Below, in pieces: positions 6,315-13,205 of a stretch of 14,279 nucleotides of DNA. Made by a program: the position numbers and the translations under genes. The notes beneath the pieces were generated by a model. The model saw nothing but the letters and a program-made list of their open reading frames with translations, made no database searches and had not been told where the DNA came from. The stretch comes from a virus (lineage: Duplodnaviria; Heunggongvirae; Uroviricota; Caudoviricetes). The number at the start of each line of letters is the position of its first letter. Position 1 is the first letter of the stretch. The stretch is from IMG/VR virus record IMGVR_UViG_3300029079_000040; one strand, given 5' to 3'.

Positions 6315-6376
6315 AGGATGCCTTTACTGTGCATATAAATAAATCATATACGCATCAAATAATGTAAAGGCATCCT
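6315..6376. repeat. Perfect 13-bp inverted repeat AGGATGCCTTTAC / GTAAAGGCATCCT separated by 36 nt of AT-rich sequence
   Basis: Read directly from the sequence (6315-6327 and 6364-6376). The loop contains TGTGCATATAAAT; the right arm is followed by TTTTAG. Confidence 0.9.
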
Positions 6377-6814
6377 TTTAGATATATCTTATCAAATGTT
6401 AATGATTTGAGTGGGAAACATGATTCCAGAAACTAATCATGCGGCTACTTTATAAAAATAATGCCCATATAAAACAGCCAGCGAAAAGGATTACGGATAA
6501 AAAAGGAGCGAGATGTGCATAGTTGTTATTTTCCATGTTTAACCACCTTAAATAATTGATGATGACGGGATGTGCATCTGTAATGCTTTTGTTGAAATGT
6601 TATGATAAAAAAGAACTTTTTCATAACATTAAAATGTAATTTATCTAATCGTTTTTAATAATAAGTGTTGTATTTCTATCCTTGTATCAGCTATTTGATA
6701 TGTAGTGTTTGTTCATGTTATGTGGAGCTTTACACCATAGCCAGTTTATTTATACTTTATTCGTCAGCCTGAACAACTGGCATCTGCTGCACTGCGCCAT
6801 CGAGAGATTGAGAA

Positions 6815-7414
6815 ATGGCGCATATACAACTGGTCAAACAAACCTCTTCTGGACTACTTCTCCCGGCGACGCCGGAGAGTTGCGATTTTTTGCATCAAAT
6901 CAAAATAGGCGAGTGGATACACGCAGACTTTAAGCGTGTGCGTAACTACGCATTCCACAAGCGTTTTTTCAAACTCCTGCAACTGGGATTCGATTACTGG
7001 ACTCCGGTCGGTGGGGCGATCACGCCTCGCGAACGAAAGCTGGTTTCAGGATTCGTTGATTACCTATGTGAATCAGTAGGCCGGGAACATACGCCAGCTC
7101 TGAGCGAAGCCGCAGAGCAATATCTGAATACAGTTGCGACACGCAGAACCCGGGATACGGCATTGCTAAAGTCGTTTGAGGCTTTCCGCGAGTGGGTAAC
7201 CATTCAGGCCGGATTTTACACCGAGCATCTTTATCCTGATGGTAGCCATGGGCGTCGGGCGAAATCCATCGCTTTTGCGAATATGGACGAAACCGAGTTT
7301 CAGCAGGTTTATAAATCTGTTCTGAATGTGCTGTGGAACTGGATTCTGTTCCGTAAATTTTCCTCTCCGGAACAAGTCGAAAATGTGACCGCGCAGCTGC
7401 TGGAGTTTGCGTAA
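6815..7414 (+). CDS. nin-region protein, DUF1367-like, 199 aa
   Basis: Track ORF. Position immediately upstream of the YbcO-like gene and Q; the family name is a recollection. The stop overlaps the next start (TAATG). Confidence 0.6.
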   Translation: MAHIQLVKQTSSGLLLPATPESCDFLHQIKIGEWIHADFKRVRNYAFHKRFFKLLQLGFDYWTPVGGAITPRERKLVSGFVDYLCESVGREHTPALSEAAEQYLNTVATRRTRDTALLKSFEAFREWVTIQAGFYTEHLYPDGSHGRRAKSIAFANMDETEFQQVYKSVLNVLWNWILFRKFSSPEQVENVTAQLLEFA

Positions 7415-7704
7415 TGGTGGATTTACGTAAAGCGGCGCGGGGGCAGATGTGCACCGTCAGAATTCCTGGCTACTGCAATCACGATCCGGAAACGTCTGTG
7501 CTGGCGCATTACCGACTGGCGGGAACGTGCGGAACAGCGACAAAACCACACGATATGCAGGCGGCGATTGCCTGTAGCTCATGCCACGATCTAATCGACG
7601 GGCGGGTAAAAACCAGCGATTACACCAAAGAAGAATTACGCCTGATGCATGCAGAAGGTGTTTTTCGCACACAAGAAATCTGGAGAAAGGAGGGATATTT
7701 GTGA
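7414..7704 (+). CDS. ybcO: YbcO-like protein (DUF1364, putative metal-dependent nuclease), 96 aa
   Basis: MVDLRKAARGQMCTVRIPGYCNHDPETSVLAHYR ... ACSSCHD closely resembles DLP12 YbcO (MADLRKAARGRECQVRIPGVCN...) as I recall it, with conserved Cys residues and the same length. Confidence 0.7.
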   Translation: MVDLRKAARGQMCTVRIPGYCNHDPETSVLAHYRLAGTCGTATKPHDMQAAIACSSCHDLIDGRVKTSDYTKEELRLMHAEGVFRTQEIWRKEGYL

Positions 7705-8243
7705 TTTACCCAACGAATACAGGAAAAAGCGGAGAACACCTTCGTCTCGCCACGCTGGAAAGTGTCTGGATTCAGGGCAAACTGCGTATGTGGGGGCGCT
7801 GGTCGTATATTGGCGGTGGCAGGTCAGGAAATATGTTCAATCAGTTGTTGGCATCCAAAAAATTGACGAAAACAGCCATCAATGAAGCCCTGCGCAGAAT
7901 GAAAAAAGCGGGAATAGAGAAAGCTGAGCTGGAAGCGTTTTTGCGAGAGATGATCAACGGCAAGCAAAAGAGCTGGCTGGCGCATTGTACTGATGCAGAG
8001 GCGTTATGTATTGATCGAGTCATAAGTGAGGTGCTGGCAGAGCATCCTGGATTGATTAGTGTCCTCCGGCAACGGTATGAAGGACGGGGGATGACTAAGC
8101 GCAAAATGGCTGAATTGCTAAATGATGCACATCCTGAGTGGTGTTTTAGCACATGCGAAAAGCGAATTGCTAATTGGTTGGCTGTTGCTGAGTATGCCCT
8201 ATATATTCCCATGCGAGAATCATTTGCTCAAAAAATAGCTTGA
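7701..8243 (+). CDS. Late-gene antiterminator Q-like protein, about 180 aa from a GTG start
   Basis: Track ORF 7581..8243; preferred start is GTG 7701 (AAGGAGGG 5 nt upstream, GTGA overlap with the ybcO-like stop). Position directly upstream of a promoter-plus-terminator unit and the lysis cassette. Family assignment (phage Q antiterminator) is by context and partial recollection. Confidence 0.55.
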   Translation: MIYPTNTGKSGEHLRLATLESVWIQGKLRMWGRWSYIGGGRSGNMFNQLLASKKLTKTAINEALRRMKKAGIEKAELEAFLREMINGKQKSWLAHCTDAEALCIDRVISEVLAEHPGLISVLRQRYEGRGMTKRKMAELLNDAHPEWCFSTCEKRIANWLAVAEYALYIPMRESFAQKIA

Positions 8244-8270
8244 TTTTTTACGCATAAACTGCTTCAATTC
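8240..8270 (+). promoter_or_regulatory. Candidate late promoter (PR-prime analogue): TTGATT-17 nt-TTCAAT overlapping the Q stop
   Basis: -35-like TTGATT at 8240-8245 and -10-like TTCAAT at 8263-8268; about 60 nt upstream of a terminator. By eye only. Confidence 0.3.
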
Positions 8271-8326
8271 CGGTATGCTTCGCAAAGCTGTATCGCGAGG
8301 CGAACCAAGCGCATGAACTTTACCAG

Positions 8327-8356
8327 AACCCGCCATTGAGCGGGTTTTGTTGTTTC
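8327..8356 (+). terminator. Intrinsic terminator, tR-prime analogue downstream of Q
   Basis: AACCCGC-CATTGA-GCGGGTT stem-loop followed by TTTTGTTGTTTCT. Confidence 0.55.
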
Positions 8357-8404
8357 TGGTACTGGTGAACCTGATGTTTCATTTCTGGAGCGCGATTCCT
8401 GGCG

Positions 8405-8436
8405 GAATACCTAGAATCGAGACATTCTGGTAAAAT
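8405..8436 (+). promoter_or_regulatory. Candidate extended -10 promoter (TGgTAAAAT) for the membrane-protein moron
   Basis: TGG-TAAAAT at 8428-8436, about 30 nt upstream of the ATG at 8465. Weak -35. Confidence 0.3.
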
Positions 8437-8464
8437 TGTTTTCAGTACAGGATGTGGAGGTGAG

Positions 8465-9034
8465 ATGAGAGAACTACCTAAAGATTATTTTTTAGGAGTA
8501 GATGATGAGCTCGTCGATTATCTTGAAAAACAAGGGGAAGAGACGATACGAGAGATTCATCTTTCTAACAAAACCAATGTTGAGAATGGATACAAACTTC
8601 TGAACATTCAGATTGTTGGAATTGGTTCATCTTTTTTATTGCTGACACAGAAAACTAATTTCGATTTTCTCACCGCCGGAATTACCACATTTACATTACT
8701 ATGGACATGGTGCGCCATTTACTTGGTATGTACTGGTTTATCTGTGAAGGTTAGGGGCCTGATCAATGCCCCTCCTGATCATATATATCATGAAAAATAT
8801 AAGGATATGGAGCCCTCGAGCTTTAAAATATTCGCTGATGCAGGATATTTAGGACCTGATAAGTTATTGCCGCTTATACGAAGGTATCGCCTTGTTGACT
8901 TGAGTGATACAGCAAGAGAGTTACTGTTGGAAAATGAGAAAATCCGCACGAGTCTCGATAAAGCAAGGATGTATACCATCCTTGCTCCGGTAGCGGCGAT
9001 GTTTATCTCGGCTGTTTTTTTATATGTTCAATGA
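8465..9034 (+). CDS. Hypothetical integral membrane protein, 189 aa, three predicted transmembrane helices; moron between Q and the holin
   Basis: Track ORF with GGAGGTGAG immediately upstream. Hydrophobic segments LLNIQIVGIGSSFLLL, ITTFTLLWTWCAIYLVCTGL and MYTILAPVAAMFISAVFLYV; acidic N-terminus. Visibly AT-rich compared with the flanking Q and lysis genes. No family recognised. Confidence 0.65.
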   Translation: MRELPKDYFLGVDDELVDYLEKQGEETIREIHLSNKTNVENGYKLLNIQIVGIGSSFLLLTQKTNFDFLTAGITTFTLLWTWCAIYLVCTGLSVKVRGLINAPPDHIYHEKYKDMEPSSFKIFADAGYLGPDKLLPLIRRYRLVDLSDTARELLLENEKIRTSLDKARMYTILAPVAAMFISAVFLYVQ

Positions 9035-9164
9035 CTGAGTCGGCAGAATCTCCAACAAAAACACGACGTGTAGCAAAGTCTGTAGTACTTTGTGTTGGAG
9101 TTGGTTTTGGTGCCACGGGTTGCTGAGGTTTATTTTCACCTTGTGGTTTGTTTTTTTCAGACAT
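9003..9164 (-). CDS. Possible 53-aa Pro/Gln/Lys-rich small protein, convergent with and overlapping the 3-prime end of the membrane-protein gene
   Basis: Within track ORF 9003..9395; internal start MSEKNKPQGENKPQQPVAPKPTPTQSTTDFATRRVFVGDSADSVIEHIKKQPR has AGAGGA 5 nt upstream of the ATG at 9164..9162. Low complexity. Confidence 0.4.
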   Translation of the reverse strand: MSEKNKPQGENKPQQPVAPKPTPTQSTTDFATRRVFVGDSADSVIEHIKKQPR

Positions 9165-9258
9165 AAAAATCCTCTTTGTTTGAATTGTTACTTTTGGCGA
9201 TTTAACGATATCAAACACGAGTATATACCGCCAGAAGCTTAATCTGGCACTCCATCTG

Positions 9259-9286
9259 GCCCCGGCATGTCCCGGGGCTTTTTCGT
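9259..9286 (+). terminator. Strong intrinsic terminator upstream of the holin gene
   Basis: GCCCCGG-CATGTC-CCGGGGC stem followed by TTTTTCGTTGTT. Confidence 0.6.
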
Positions 9287-9381
9287 TGTTAGGCTCTGGA
9301 AACATCCTCGACTTCTTGTTAGCAAGCCTGAGAGCCTGAATCTTACACTTAGCACCATCCGAACTCTCGGAGGTGAGGCTT

Positions 9382-9723
9382 ATGAAAATGCACAATGCCC
9401 CTCATTCCTGGCCTGACTTACTGGAACTCTTACAAAGTTGGTGGCGTGGAGATACGCCGCTGGGTGCAGTGGTTATGTCAATTATTATGGCTGGTTTGCG
9501 CATTGCCTATTTTGGCGGTGGCGGCGGCTGGAAACGAAAAACGCTTGAGATTCTGCTTTGTGGTGCTCTGACGCTGACCTTTGCATCCGCGCTTGAGTAT
9601 GTCGGATGGCCTAAATCACTTTCTGTTGCCATTGGTGGTGGGGTGGGGCTGATTGGTGTTGATGCTATTCGTGGTGCGGCAATGAGGGTCATCGGTAACA
9701 AGTTCGGTGCCCATAAGGAGTAA
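9382..9723 (+). CDS. S: Class I holin with Met-Lys-Met dual-start motif (lambda S-like arrangement), 113 aa from the first ATG
   Basis: GGAGGTGA 6 nt upstream of ATG 9382. MKMHNAP... parallels lambda S107/S105 (MKMPEK). Three hydrophobic segments. Immediately followed by the R endolysin. The track used an upstream GTG (9373). Confidence 0.75.
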   Translation: MKMHNAPHSWPDLLELLQSWWRGDTPLGAVVMSIIMAGLRIAYFGGGGGWKRKTLEILLCGALTLTFASALEYVGWPKSLSVAIGGGVGLIGVDAIRGAAMRVIGNKFGAHKE

Positions 9724-9726
9724 TTA

Positions 9727-10203
9727 ATGCAGACACTTAATTCCCAGCGTAAAGCTTTCCTTGATATGGTGGCATGGTCAGAAGGAACAGATAACGGACG
9801 GCAGAAAACCAGAAATCACGGTTATGATGTTATTGTCGGTGGCGAACTGTTCACTGATTACTCCGATCACCCCCGCAAACTTGTCACGCTAAATCCGAAA
9901 CTCAAATCAACAGCCGCTGGACGTTACCAGCTTCTTTCACGCTGGTGGGATGCCTACCGCAAGCAACTTGGCCTGAAAGATTTTTCTCCAGAAAGTCAGG
10001 ATGCTGTAGCGCTGCAGCAGATTAAAGAGCGTGGCGCTTTGCCGATGATTGATCGCGGTGATATCCGTCAGGCTATCGACCGTTGCAGCAATATATGGGC
10101 TTCACTGCCGGGCGCTGGTTATGGTCAGTTCGAGCATAAGGCTGACAGTCTGATTGCAAAATTCAAAGAAGCTGGCGGAACGGTCAGAGAGATTGAGGTA
10201 TGA
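9727..10203 (+). CDS. R: Endolysin, lambda R-type lytic transglycosylase, 158 aa
   Basis: Near-identical by eye to lambda R (…[58 protein letters not shown]…). Confidence 0.9.
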   Translation: MQTLNSQRKAFLDMVAWSEGTDNGRQKTRNHGYDVIVGGELFTDYSDHPRKLVTLNPKLKSTAAGRYQLLSRWWDAYRKQLGLKDFSPESQDAVALQQIKERGALPMIDRGDIRQAIDRCSNIWASLPGAGYGQFEHKADSLIAKFKEAGGTVREIEV

Positions 10204-10681
10204 GCAGAGTAACCGCGATTATCTCCGCTCTGGTTATCTGCATCGTCGTCTGCCTGTCATGGGGTGTTAATCATTACCGTGATAACGCCATCGCCTACAA
10301 AGAACAGCGCGACAAAAATGCCAGAGAACTGAAGCTGGCGAACGCGGCAATTACTGACATGCAGATGCGTCAGCGTGATGTTGCTGCGCTCGATGCAAAA
10401 TACACGAAGGAGTTAGCTGATGCGAAAGCTGAAAATGATGCTCTGCGTGATGATGTTGCCGCTGGTCGTCGTCGGTTGCACATCAAAGNNNNNNNNNNNN
10501 NNNNNNNNTCTGTCAGTCAGTGCGTGAAGCCACCACCGCCTCCGGCGTGGATAATGCAGCCTCCCCCCGACTGGCAGACACCGCTGAACGGGATTATTTC
10601 ACCCTCCGGGAACGACTGGTAATGATGCAGGCCCAACTTGAAGGTGCTCAGCAATACATAACCGAGCAGTGTTTAAAGTAA
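10200..10681 (+). CDS. Rz: Rz i-spanin; reading frame interrupted by a 20-nt N run, so coordinates are in window numbering
   Basis: N-terminal [96 protein letters not shown] matches lambda Rz. After the N run, the correct frame reads ...[57 protein letters not shown], stop at 10679-10681. Confidence 0.85.
10420..10622 (+). CDS. Rz1: Rz1 o-spanin lipoprotein embedded in the +1 frame of Rz
   Basis: AAGGAG 8 nt upstream of ATG 10420. [23 protein letters not shown]...[N run]...[37 protein letters not shown] matches lambda Rz1, with its lipobox LVVVGC and proline-rich region. Confidence 0.8.
10489..10508. other. Run of 20 N (assembly gap or masked bases) inside Rz/Rz1
   Basis: Literal n characters in the sequence. 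Comparison with lambda suggests the real content here is about 3 nt (CAG), not 20. Confidence 1.
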
Positions 10682-10818
10682 AATCTTAACTACAATATGA
10701 TTCATTTTGATGATTGTTTCATAAGGAACAGTGAAGTAAGATCTAAGAGGAGTTAAATTTTATACAGTATAATCATAATATTGCAGCAAGGTGGTTATAA
10801 TTGAAAGAATATTTAGAT

Positions 10819-12276
10819 ATGAATACATCTCATGTAAGAGTTGTTACTCATATGTGTGGGTTCCTGGTTTGGCTCTATAGTCTTTCAATGTTGCCACCAA
10901 TGGTTGTAGCATTGTTTTATAAAGAAAAAAGCCTGTTCGTTTTCTTTATAACTTTCGTTATATTTTTTTGCATTGGTGGCGGAGCGTGGTATACAACTAA
11001 GAAATCTGGCATTCAATTACGTACCCGTGATGGGTTTATTATAATTGTAATGTTTTGGATTTTGTTTTCTGTTATTAGTGCATTCCCTTTATGGATTGAC
11101 TCAGAACTTAATTTAACGTTCATTGATGCTCTGTTTGAAGGGGTTTCTGGAATAACAACAACAGGAGCAACTGTAATTGATGATGTTAGTTCATTACCTC
11201 GGGCATATTTGTACTATCGGTCACAGTTAAATTTTATAGGTGGTTTAGGAGTTATTGTTCTGGCGGTTGCTGTATTGCCATTATTGGGTATTGGTGGTGC
11301 AAAGCTTTATCAGTCAGAAATGCCGGGGCCATTTAAGGATGACAAACTCACTCCCCGCCTGGCCGATACGTCACGGACACTGTGGATAACTTATTCTTTA
11401 TTAGGTATTGCTTGTATTGTCTGTTATAGACTTGCAGGAATGCCTTTGTTTGATGCTATTTGTCACGGGATTTCCACAGTTTCGCTTGGTGGTTTCTCAA
11501 CTCATAGCGAGAGTATCGGATATTTTAATAACTATTTGGTTGAGCTGGTGGCTGGTTCTTTTTCCCTGCTATCGGCTTTCAACTTCACTCTTTGGTATAT
11601 TGTTATTAGCAGGAAAACGATAAAACCTTTAATCAGAGATATTGAACTTCGTTTCTTTCTGTTAATAGCCTTAGGGGTGATCATTGTTACCTCTTTCCAG
11701 GTCTGGCATATAGGTATGTATGACTTGCATGGAAGTTTTATTCATTCGTTTTTTCTTGCCAGCTCCATGCTCACTGATAATGGTTTAGCTACGCAGGATT
11801 ATGCAAGTTGGCCCACGCACACGATAGTGTTTTTGCTGTTGTCAAGTTTCTTTGGGGGATGTATAGGTTCAACTTGTGGTGGAATTAAGTCACTTCGATT
11901 TCTTATACTTTTCAAACAAAGCAAACACGAGATAAATCAGCTTTCTCATCCCAGAGCGTTGTTGAGTGTAAATGTAGGAGGGAAGATAGTTACAGATCGT
12001 GTAATGAGGTCTGTATGGAGTTTCTTTTTTCTTTATACTCTCTTCACGGTGTTTTTTATACTGGTGTTAAATGGTATGGGATATGATTTTCTTACATCAT
12101 TTGCAACAGTGGCTGCATGTATTAATAATATGGGATTAGGTTTTGGGGCTACTGCATCGTCATTCGGAGTGCTTAATGACATTGCAAAATGTTTAATGTG
12201 CATAGCTATGATTCTTGGTCGCCTTGAAATTTATCCTGTTATTATATTGTTTTCAGGTTTTTTTTGGCGCTCCTAA
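10819..12276 (+). CDS. trkG: TrkG, TrkH-family potassium uptake membrane protein, 485 aa
   Basis: Multi-pass membrane protein with repeated pore-loop-like GxG motifs. Sequence from MNTSHVRVVTHMCGFLVWLY matches Rac trkG as I recall it, and the position directly after Rz/Rz1 is the Rac arrangement. Track ORF starts at TTG 10801; the ATG at 10819 gives 485 aa. Confidence 0.85.
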   Translation: MNTSHVRVVTHMCGFLVWLYSLSMLPPMVVALFYKEKSLFVFFITFVIFFCIGGGAWYTTKKSGIQLRTRDGFIIIVMFWILFSVISAFPLWIDSELNLTFIDALFEGVSGITTTGATVIDDVSSLPRAYLYYRSQLNFIGGLGVIVLAVAVLPLLGIGGAKLYQSEMPGPFKDDKLTPRLADTSRTLWITYSLLGIACIVCYRLAGMPLFDAICHGISTVSLGGFSTHSESIGYFNNYLVELVAGSFSLLSAFNFTLWYIVISRKTIKPLIRDIELRFFLLIALGVIIVTSFQVWHIGMYDLHGSFIHSFFLASSMLTDNGLATQDYASWPTHTIVFLLLSSFFGGCIGSTCGGIKSLRFLILFKQSKHEINQLSHPRALLSVNVGGKIVTDRVMRSVWSFFFLYTLFTVFFILVLNGMGYDFLTSFATVAACINNMGLGFGATASSFGVLNDIAKCLMCIAMILGRLEIYPVIILFSGFFWRS

Positions 12277-12362
12277 TATATGGCTGATTTATAATTGTGA
12301 GTTTAATATTATGTTGACTCACTCATTGATCCAATACCTAACTTTACCAGCAACACCTCCGT

Positions 12363-12397
12363 CCCCAGTAGCACTGGCTGCTGGGGTGCGTTTTATT
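12363..12397 (+). terminator. Possible intrinsic terminator after trkG
   Basis: CCCCAG...CTGGGG imperfect stem followed by TGCG-TTTTATT. Confidence 0.3.
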
Positions 12398-12413
12398 CAT
12401 AAAGCAAGGCTGT

Positions 12414-13205
12414 ATGAGCGAGAAATTAAAGATAGTCTATCGCCCATTACAAGAATTGTCACCGTATGCGCACAACGCCAGGACGCACAGTACTGAGCAG
12501 GTGGCACAACTGGTAGAAAGTATTAAGCAATTCGGCTGGACTAATCCGGTGCTGATTGACGAAAAGGGCGAAATTATTGCGGGTCACGGTCGTGTTATGG
12601 CGGCTGAAATGCTCAAAATGGATTCTGTTCCGGTCATTGTTCTGTCTGGCCTGACGGATGAGCAGAAAAAGGCGTACCGCCTGGCAGATAATCGCCTGCC
12701 GATGAATGCTGGCTGGGATGAAGATCTGTTGCGGATGGAGCTGTCGGACCTAATCAATGCTGATTTTGATGTCTCCCTGACAGGCTTCATCCCGACAGAA
12801 ATTGATGAACTGTTGACGGATGTTTTGCCCGGTACAGGAAATGAGGAGGAGCCGTATACGACGAAAATTGATACGCCTGTTTATGAGCCGTCGGGCGGTA
12901 AACCGGATATCAGTGAACTGTACGACGATACGAAAACTCAGGAGCTGATCAGCCGGATACGTTCGGCGTCCCTTGAGCCTGATATTGAGAAATTCCTCCT
13001 GTGTGCGGCAGAACGTCACACGGTGTTTAATTTCAGCAGAATTGCGGACTATTACGCTCACGCCCCCTCTGAAATTCAGTGTTTTTTCGAGGAGTCGGCG
13101 CTGGTGATCATTGATTATCAGCAGGCTATTGAAAATGGATTTGTCCGGATGACGCAGCGCATGGTGGAGATCATGCATGGTGGTGAGGAGGAGGAATATG
13201 CGTGA
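12414..13205 (+). CDS. ParB/Srx-like N-terminal domain protein, 263 aa, acidic C-terminal tail
   Basis: N-terminal region (YRPLQELSPYAHNARTHS...SIKQFGWTNPVLIDEKGEIIAGHGRVMAAEML...VPVIV) fits the ParB/sulfiredoxin fold signature. Likely a full-length relative of Rac ynaK (recollection). The C-terminus GGEEEEYA also encodes the Shine-Dalgarno sequence of the next gene. Confidence 0.7.
   Translation: MSEKLKIVYRPLQELSPYAHNARTHSTEQVAQLVESIKQFGWTNPVLIDEKGEIIAGHGRVMAAEMLKMDSVPVIVLSGLTDEQKKAYRLADNRLPMNAGWDEDLLRMELSDLINADFDVSLTGFIPTEIDELLTDVLPGTGNEEEPYTTKIDTPVYEPSGGKPDISELYDDTKTQELISRIRSASLEPDIEKFLLCAAERHTVFNFSRIADYYAHAPSEIQCFFEESALVIIDYQQAIENGFVRMTQRMVEIMHGGEEEEYA

Noticed and set aside
6709-6933. 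Track ORF, 74 aa, overlapping the start of the DUF1367-like gene
   Set aside because: Out of frame with the better-supported 199-aa ORF; begins in AT-rich non-coding sequence.
7020-7454. Track ORFs antisense to the nin genes (7020..7454, 7166..7375, 7457..7672)
   Set aside because: Antisense to genes that have recognisable family signatures and are translationally coupled.
7581-7700. Upstream 40 codons of the Q track ORF (MPRSNRRAGKNQRLHQRR...)
   Set aside because: Would overlap ybcO by 120 nt in another frame; a GTG with a strong ribosome-binding site at 7701 is the more plausible start.
7649-8212. Track ORFs 7649..7885 (+) and 7841..8212 (-)
   Set aside because: Alternative or antisense frames within the Q-like gene.
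8244-8464. Looked for stx genes or tRNA genes between Q and the holin
   Set aside because: Nothing resembling Stx A/B subunits or tRNA cloverleaf signatures; the interval holds the late promoter/terminator and the membrane-protein moron instead.
9373-9381. GTG start used by the track for the holin (MRLMKM...)
   Set aside because: The Shine-Dalgarno spacing favours ATG 9382; the GTG is kept only as a possible third start.
9507-9701. Track ORF, 64 aa, minus strand
   Set aside because: Antisense to the holin; Pro-rich translation.
10801-10818. TTG start of the trkG track ORF
   Set aside because: The ATG at 10819 gives the 485-aa length I recall for TrkG; no evidence for the TTG.
11408-11623. 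Track ORF, 71 aa, inside trkG in another frame
   Set aside because: Embedded alternative frame of a well-supported membrane-protein gene.
12215-12496. Track ORF, 93 aa, spanning the trkG 3-prime end and the ParB-like start
   Set aside because: Overlaps two better-supported genes and the intergenic terminator; no ribosome-binding site.
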